A stretch of DNA of 29,662 nt from Bilabrum cf. latius. Lineage: Eukaryota. A program made the position numbers and the translations under genes. The notes beneath the pieces are model-generated. The model made no database searches, was not told the DNA's origin, and saw only the letters and a list, made by a program, of their open reading frames with translations. Below are positions 23,301 through 29,662 of this stretch, piece after piece (within the stretch, counting starts at the first letter, position 1; each line of letters begins with the position of its first letter). The stretch lies in assembly GCA_965178125.1 (NCBI GenBank), contig OZ237741.1, positions 1,426,001-1,455,662 of the forward strand, written 5' to 3'.

Positions 23301-24224
23301 TATGGCATGCCAGGCAGCGCAGTACCCGCTTCTGCCCTTGGCCGTCGGCTCTTTGGCGGTCGCTGGCAGCCTCCAGGATTCCGCACGAGCCACTAGTCCA
23401 CACCAATGACAACAGGCAATTCCGTTGGGACAAAGCCTTGGAACAGAAGTGCCCCTGGGACAACGACTGGCGCTATTGCTGAAGAAAGAGCTCCTAGCTT
23501 CAACCCCAAGCAGGACCCCGAGGACGCACAGAGCCCCCAACTCAACCTCTCGAGCATGCTTGAGAAGGAAGCGGCGCAGGCTGGCTTTAAGGAGAATGCG
23601 TCTCATCAGGAATCAGTGCAGCGATAGGAGCAGGGCAGCGATTTTCCCGACCAAGAGCTTGTTGATGTTGACCCGGCAGCGCGTGAGAGCTCCGCAAAGC
23701 CAGCATCCGTTCTCACCGTCTTTTTGAAGAGATCGCAGTCTCGCACGGGGGGGCGTGGAGAGGAACGAGAGGCAGGGCTGTAGTCGCCCTCCAGCCCTCG
23801 AGCTGTTCGTGCACCTTCAGCTTCGACGGATGACCGCGAAGACCAAGAGCTCGAGGAGGGTAGTCTATGTGCAGTGCAGCCGGCAGCGTCATCATCTACT
23901 GGTAGGAGTGCATCAAGCTCGGGGCAGGTGCACTCAGCCGGGCAAGGGCCTCAGCAACTGACATCAACAAGCAGCTCAGTCGGTGCACTCGTGTCAATGC
24001 CTAAGCCTGAGAGCGCTTCTTCGGTAGCCTACAGGACAGTCAAGATGCATGCTGCAGCTCGTGGTGTGTCAGTAGAACAGGTAATCGTTGCGATGCGGAA
24101 GCAACGAGACGATGCTCTTGCCGTTCTAGCAAGTGGCACAGCACTCTAGCCATCTCAGGAAGCCGTGATTACCCTTTTGCAGCAAATTGAGTCGGAGCAC
24201 CAACGCTCGACCGGGACGGAGTAA
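20399..24224 (+). CDS. Atypical E2F transcription factor (E2F7/8 / DEL type, two winged-helix DNA-binding domains), ~1,200 aa; exons ~20399-20446, 20543-21657, 21785-24224; start uncertain
   Basis: DBD1 is SRKDKSLGLLCE|NFL...F*LDDVATVLDVERRRVYDVINILEAL...YVWHG. DBD2 is KRDKSLGTLAQRFVQLF...FKTRVRRLYDVANVLQSL...KPAFAWRG. Introns 20447-20542 and 21658-21784 are GT-AG. There are 13 in-frame TAG, one inside DBD1 (21825). Ends TAA 24222-24224 with TGA two codons later. Confidence 0.88.
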
Positions 24225-24294
24225 AAGTGACTGTTTCGATGTTGCCGCGTTGGTAGAACTGGTATATTGTGAATGCATGTATTCAACGTCTTCT

Positions 24295-25679
24295 AGCGCT
24301 CGCTCCCGTAGCCTGCACACTCTCCAGCAGCATGGGTACCACCCTCATCCAGCGCTCGCTCCCGTGGCCTGCACACTCTCCAGCAGCATGGGTACCACCC
24401 TCATCCAGCGCTCGCAACCGTAGCCTGCACACTCTCCAGCAGCATGGGTACCACCCTCATCCAGCGCTCGCTCCCGTGGCCTGCACACTCTCCAGCAGCA
24501 TGGGTACCACCCTCATCCAGCGCTCGCTCCCGTAGCCTGCACACTCTCCAGCAGCATGGGTACCACCCTCATCCAGCGCTCGCTCCCGTGGCCTGCACAC
24601 TCTCCAGCAGCATGGGTACCACCCTCATCCAGCGCTCGCTCCCGTGGCCTGCACACTCTCCAGCAGCATGGGTACCACCCTCATCCAGCGCTCGCAACCG
24701 TAGCCTGCACACTCTCCAGCAGCATGGGTACCACCCTCATCCAGCGCTCGCTCCCGTGGCCTGCACACTCTCCAGCAGCATGGGTACCACCCTCATCCAG
24801 CGCTCGCTCCCGTGGCCTGCACACTCTCCAGCAGCATGGGTACCACCCTCATCCAGCGCTCGCAACCGTAGCCTGCACACTCTCCAGCAGCATGGGTACC
24901 ACCCTCATCCAGCGCTCGCTCCCGTGGCCTGCACACTCTCCAGCAGCATGGGTACCACCCTCATCCAGCGCTCGCACCCGTAGCCTGCACACTCTCCAGC
25001 AGCATGCGTACCACCCTCATCCAGCGCTCGCTCCCGTGGCCTGCACACTCTCCAGCAGCATGGGTACCACCCTCATCCAGCGCTCGCTCCCGTGGCCTGC
25101 ACACTCTCCAGCAGCATGGGTACCACCCTCATCCAGCGCTCGCAACCGTAGCCTGCACACTCTCCAGCAGCATGGGTACCACCCTCATCCAGCGCTCGCT
25201 CCCGTGGCCTGCACACTCTCCAGCAGCATGGGTACCACCCTCATCCAGCGCTCGCACCCGTAGCCTGCACACTCTCCAGCAGCATGCGTACCACCCTCAT
25301 CCAGCGCTCGCTCCCGTGGCCTGCACACTCTCCAGCAGCATGGGTACCACCCTCATCCAGCGCTCGCTCCCGTGGCCTGCACACTCTCCAGCAGCATGGG
25401 TACCACCCTCATCCAGCGCTCGCAACCGTAGCCTGCACACTCTCCAGCAGCATGGGTACCACCCTCATCCAGCGCTCGCTCCCGTGGCCTGCACACTCTC
25501 CAGCAGCATGGGTACCACCCTCATCCAGCGCTCGCACCCGTAGCCTGCACACTCTCCAGCAGCATGCGTACCACCCTCATCCAGCGCTCGCTCCCGTGGC
25601 CTGCACACTCTCCAGCAGCATGGGTACCACCCTCATCCAGCGCTCGCTCCCGTGGCCTGCACACTCTCCAACAGCATGG
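24295..25679. repeat. Subtelomeric 56-bp tandem repeat, 24.7 copies
   Basis: Unit AGCGCTCGCTCCCGTGGCCTGCACACTCTCCAGCAGCATGGGTACCACCCTCATCC. The last copy is truncated into the telomeric tract. Confidence 0.97.
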
Positions 25680-26286
25680 TTAGGGTTAGGGTTAGGGTTA
25701 GGGTTAGGGTTAGGGTTAGGGTTAGGGTTAGGGTTAGGGTTAGGGTTAGGGTTAGGGTTAGGGTTAGGGTTAGGGTTAGGGTTAGGGTTAGGGTTAGGGT
25801 TAGGGTTAGGGTTAGGGTTAGGGTTAGGGTTAGGGTTAGGGTTAGGGTTAGGGTTAGGGTTAGGGTTAGGGTTAGGGTTAGGGTTAGGGTTAGGGTTAGG
25901 GTTAGGGTTAGGGTTAGGGTTAGGGTTAGGGTTAGGGTTAGGGTTAGGGTTAGGGTTAGGGTTAGGGTTAGGGTTAGGGTTAGGGTTAGGGTTAGGGTTA
26001 GGGTTAGGGTTAGGGTTAGGGTTAGGGTTAGGGTTAGGGTTAGGGTTAGGGTTAGGGTTAGGGTTAGGGTTAGGGTTAGGGTTAGGGTTAGGGTTAGGGT
26101 TAGGGTTAGGGTTAGGGTTAGGGTTAGGGTTAGGGTTAGGGTTAGGGTTAGGGTTAGGGTTAGGGTTAGGGTTAGGGTTAGGGTTAGGGTTAGGGTTAGG
26201 GTTAGGGTTAGGGTTAGGGTTAGGGTTAGGGTTAGGGTTAGGGTTAGGGTTAGGGTTAGGGTTAGGGTTAGGGTTAGGGTTAGGGT
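25678..26286 (+). repeat. Telomeric tract 1 (internal), ~101 x TTAGGG
   Basis: Perfect TTAGGG array. Confidence 0.98.
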
Positions 26287-27945
26287 ATCTAATATAAAGT
26301 CAGGGACAGGGTCGGGGAAAAAAAAATTTCATCTTCATTTTTTGCATTAAAATTTGGAATTGAGATCTCGGCAACCACGGCAGATATGAAGATGATTCAA
26401 ACTGCATTTTGAAGGGGCAGGGGCATAGCATGATCCATTTGTACCTCAGATTCCGTTTTACTCGCGCGGCGCCGATATGGTCAATTGAAGATTTTCAAAG
26501 GCCAAAATTCGGAATTGAGATCTCGGCAACCACGGCAGATATTAAGATGATTCAAACTGCATTTGGAAGGGGCAGGGGCATAGCATGATCCATTTGTACC
26601 TTAGATTCTGTTTTACTCGCGCGGCGCCGATATGGTCAATTGAAGATTTTCAAAGGCCAAAATTCGGAATTGAGATCTCGGCAACCACGGCAGATATTAA
26701 GATGATTCAAACTGCATTTGGAAGGGGCAGGGGCATAGCATGATCCATTTGTACCTCAGATTCCGTTTTACTCGCGCGGCGCCGATATGGTCAATTGAAG
26801 ATTTTCAAAGGCCAAAATTCGGAATTGAGATCTCGGCAACCACGGCAGATATGAAGATGATTCAAACTGCATTTGGAAGGGGCAGGGGCATAGCATGATC
26901 CATTTGTACCTTAGATTCTGTTTTACTCGCGCGGCGCCGATATGGTCAATTGAAGATTTTCAAAGGCCAAAATTCGGAATTGAGATCTCGGCAACCACGG
27001 CAGATATTAAGATGATTCAAACTGCATTTGGAAGGGGCAGGGGCATAGCATGATCCATTTGTACCTCAGATTCCGTTTTACTCGCGCGGCGCCGATATGG
27101 TCAATTGAAGATTTTCAAAGGCCAAAATTCGGAATTGAGATCTCGGCAACCACGGCAGATATTAAGATGATTCAAACTGCATTTGGAAGGGGCAGGGGCA
27201 TAGCATGATCCATTTGTACCTTAGATTCTGTTTTACTCGCGCGGCGCCGATATGGTCAATTGAAGATTTTCAAAGGCCAAAATTCGGAATTGAGATCTCG
27301 GCAACCACGGCAGATATGAAGATGATTCAAACTGCATTTGGAAGGGGCAGGGGCATAGCATGATCCATTTGTACCTCAGATTCCGTTTTACTCGCGCGGC
27401 GCCGATATGGTCAATTGAAGATTTTCAAAGGCCAAAATTCGGAATTGAGATCTCGGCAACCACGGCAGATATGAAGATGATTCAAACTGCATTTGGAAGG
27501 GGCAGGGGCATAGCATGATCCATTTGTACCTCAGATTCCGTTTTACTCGCGCGGCGCCGATATGGTCAATTGAAGATTTTCAAAGGCCAAAATTCGGAAT
27601 TGAGATCTCGGCAACCACGGCAGATATGAAGATGATTCAAACTGCATTTGGAAGGGGCAGGGGCATAGCATGATCCATTTGTACCTCAGATTCCGTCTTA
27701 CTCGCGCGGCGCCGATATGTTTAAGTGTTGGGGACATGTCTGTATGATATGCATTTTTTAATGTAAGTAGTAGTATGGATGTGATGGATACAATTATGTT
27801 GTTTGATTGCATTGATAGCAGGTAGCTGTTGGCTTATAGTCAAGACTAAATTGAATGCCTCCTGGCTCCTACCGCCTGTCCTAACGGGTCACTGGCCGGA
27901 ACTTTGGCAAGCCCCTCTCACAAGCTGGCCCAGTTGCCACTGACC
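26287..27945 (+). mobile_element. Telomere-embedded non-coding element 1: leader + 155-bp satellite array + unique ~225-bp tail (putative non-autonomous element)
   Basis: Flanked on both sides by same-orientation TTAGGG tracts. The leader is shared with element 2. Mobility is inferred, not shown. Confidence 0.5.
26356..27719. repeat. 155-bp satellite, subfamily 1, ~8.8 copies
   Basis: GGAATTGAGATCTCGGCAACCACGG recurs at 26356, 26511, 26666, 26821, 26976, 27131, 27286, 27441 and 27596. Confidence 0.97.
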
Positions 27946-27946
27946 T

Positions 27947-28402
27947 TTAGGTTAGGGTTAGGGTTAGGGGTTTGGGTAGGGTTAGGGTTAGGGTTAGGGT
28001 TAGGGTTAGGGTTAGGGTTAGGGTTAGGGTTAGGGTTAGGGTTAGGGTTAGGGTTAGGGTTAGGGTTAGGGTTAGGGTTAGGGTTAGGGTTAGGGTTAGG
28101 GTTAGGGTTAGGGTTAGGGTTAGGGTTAGGGTTAGGGTTAGGGTTAGGGTTAGGGTTAGGGTTAGGGTTAGGGTTAGGGTTAGGGTTAGGGTTAGGGTTA
28201 GGGTTAGGGTTAGGGTTAGGGTTAGGGTTAGGGTTAGGGTTAGGGTTAGGGTTAGGGTTAGGGTTAGGGTTAGGGTTAGGGTTAGGGTTAGGGTTAGGGT
28301 TAGGGTTAGGGTTAGGGTTAGGGTTAGGGTTAGGGTTAGGGTTAGGGTTAGGGTTAGGGTTAGGGTTAGGGTTAGGGTTAGGGTTAGGGTTAGGGTTAGG
28401 GT
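27947..28402 (+). repeat. Telomeric tract 2 (internal), ~75 repeats with degenerate proximal units
   Basis: TTAGGG array with TTAGGGG, TTTGGG and TAGGG variants near 27960-27980. Confidence 0.97.
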
Positions 28403-29107
28403 ATCTAATATAAAGTCAGGGACAGGGTCGGGGAAAAAATATTTTCATCTTCACTTTTTGACAAAATCCTGCGGGATACGATCTCGGCAACCACAGGAGA
28501 TATGAAGACCGTTCAAATTGCGTTGAGACGGCCTAGGGCCACAACATTGGCCAAATGTTCCTCAGGTTCCGCTTTTGACGCGCGGCGCCAATATTGGGCC
28601 TTGAAGATTTTCATGCTGAAATCCTGCGGGATACGATCTTGGCAACCACAGGAGATATGAAGACCGTTCAAATTGCGTTGGGACGGCCTAGGGCCACATC
28701 ATTGGCCAAATGTTCCTCAGGTTCCGCTTCTGACGCGCGGCGCCAATATTGGGCCTTGAAGATTTTCATGCTGAAATCCTGCGGGATACGATCTCGGCAA
28801 CCACAGGAGATATGAAGACCGTTCAAATTGCGTTGGGACGGCCTAGGGCCACATCATTGGCCAAATGTTCCTCAGGTTCCGCTTTTGACGCGCGGCGCCA
28901 ATATTGGGCCTTGAAGATTTTCATGCTGAAATCCTGCGGGATACGATCTCGGCAACCACAGGAGATATGAAGACCGTTCAAATTGCGTTGGGACGGCCTA
29001 GGGCCACATCATTGGCCAAATGTTCCTCAGGTTCCGCTTCTGACGCGCGGCGCCAATATTGGGCCTTGAAGATTTTCATGCTGAAATCCTGCGGGATACG
29101 ATCTCGG
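28403..29107 (+). mobile_element. Telomere-embedded non-coding element 2 (truncated): leader + 155-bp satellite subfamily 2
   Basis: Same 37-nt leader and junction as element 1. The array breaks off mid-unit into TTAGGG. Confidence 0.5.
28464..29107. repeat. 155-bp satellite, subfamily 2, ~4.1 copies
   Basis: AAATCCTGCGGGATACGATCT recurs every 155 bp; the spurious ORFs at 28594, 28749 and 28904 show the period. Confidence 0.96.
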
Positions 29108-29662
29108 GTTAGGGTTAGGGTTAGGGTTAGGGTTAGGGGTTAGGGTTAGGGTTAGGGTTAGGGTTAGGGTTAGGGTTAGGGTTAGGGTTAGGGTTAGGGT
29201 TAGGGTTAGGGTTAGGGTTAGGGTTAGGGTTAGGGTTAGGGTTAGGGTTAGGGTTAGGGTTAGGGTTAGGGTTAGGGTTAGGGTTAGGGTTAGGGTTAGG
29301 GTTAGGGTTAGGGTTAGGGTTAGGGTTAGGGTTAGGGTTAGGGTTAGGGTTAGGGTTAGGGTTAGGGTTAGGGTTAGGGTTAGGGTTAGGGTTAGGGTTA
29401 GGGTTAGGGTTAGGGTTAGGGTTAGGGTTAGGGTTAGGGTTAGGGTTAGGGTTAGGGTTAGGGTTAGGGTTAGGGTTAGGGTTAGGGTTAGGGTTAGGGT
29501 TAGGGTTAGGGTTAGGGTTAGGGTTAGGGTTAGGGTTAGGGTTAGGGTTAGGGTTAGGGTTAGGGTTAGGGTTAGGGTTAGGGTTAGGGTTAGGGTTAGG
29601 GTTAGGGTTAGGGTTAGGGTTAGGGTTAGGGTTAGGGTTAGGGTTAGGGTTAGGGTTAGGGT
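29106..29662 (+). repeat. Telomeric tract 3 (terminal, runs to window end), >=92 x TTAGGG
   Basis: TTAGGG array with the G-rich strand running 5'->3' toward the end, as expected for a right chromosome end. Confidence 0.97.

Noticed and set aside
2-24224. Cluster of pseudogenes, RIP/deamination damage or sequencing errors explaining the internal stops
   Set aside because: Decay, RIP (CAA->TAA as well as CAG->TAG) or errors would also create TAA, TGA and frameshifts. Only TAG is seen, catalytic motifs are intact, and one TAG is shared by both MATE copies.
24295-25679. CRISPR array or coding repeat (ORFs MGTTLIQRSLP...)
   Set aside because: Head-to-tail units with no unique spacers in a eukaryotic subtelomere. 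The 56-bp period is not a multiple of 3, so the ORFs are artefacts.
25678-28402. Internal telomeric tracts as an end-to-end chromosome fusion
   Set aside because: A fusion would give TTAGGG followed by CCCTAA; all three tracts have the same orientation.
25284-29143. ORFs encoding (GL)n, (VR)n and the 73-aa repeats
   Set aside because: These are translations of TTAGGG tracts and the 155-bp satellite, with no coding signature.

Overview
Right end of a compact, GC-rich eukaryotic (protist-like) chromosome. About 24 kb of densely packed, intron-poor genes is followed by a 56-bp subtelomeric satellite and (TTAGGG)n telomeric DNA. The main result is a non-standard nuclear genetic code in which UAG is a sense codon, most likely Gln, while UAA and UGA remain stops. 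By manual reading, 53 in-frame TAG codons lie inside 7 of the 8 genes. No gene has an internal TAA or TGA, and all genes end in TGA (6) or TAA (2). One TAG aligns with CAG in a tandem MATE paralogue, and another occupies the conserved AHQ motif. With UAG=Gln the fragmented ORF track collapses into eight genes: a 5'-partial multi-pass membrane protein, mitochondrial malate dehydrogenase, two tandem MATE transporters, a hidden 383-aa protein, a ~2,645-aa protein (C2H2 finger, Pro-Ala linker, WG/GW-rich tail), a 2OG-Fe(II) oxygenase and an atypical E2F (E2F7/8/DEL-type). The telomere is also unusual. Three TTAGGG tracts are interrupted by two related non-coding elements that share an identical 37-nt leader joined at the same telomeric register, and each carries its own subfamily of a 155-bp satellite. 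Counts and splice sites were derived by eye and should be confirmed computationally.
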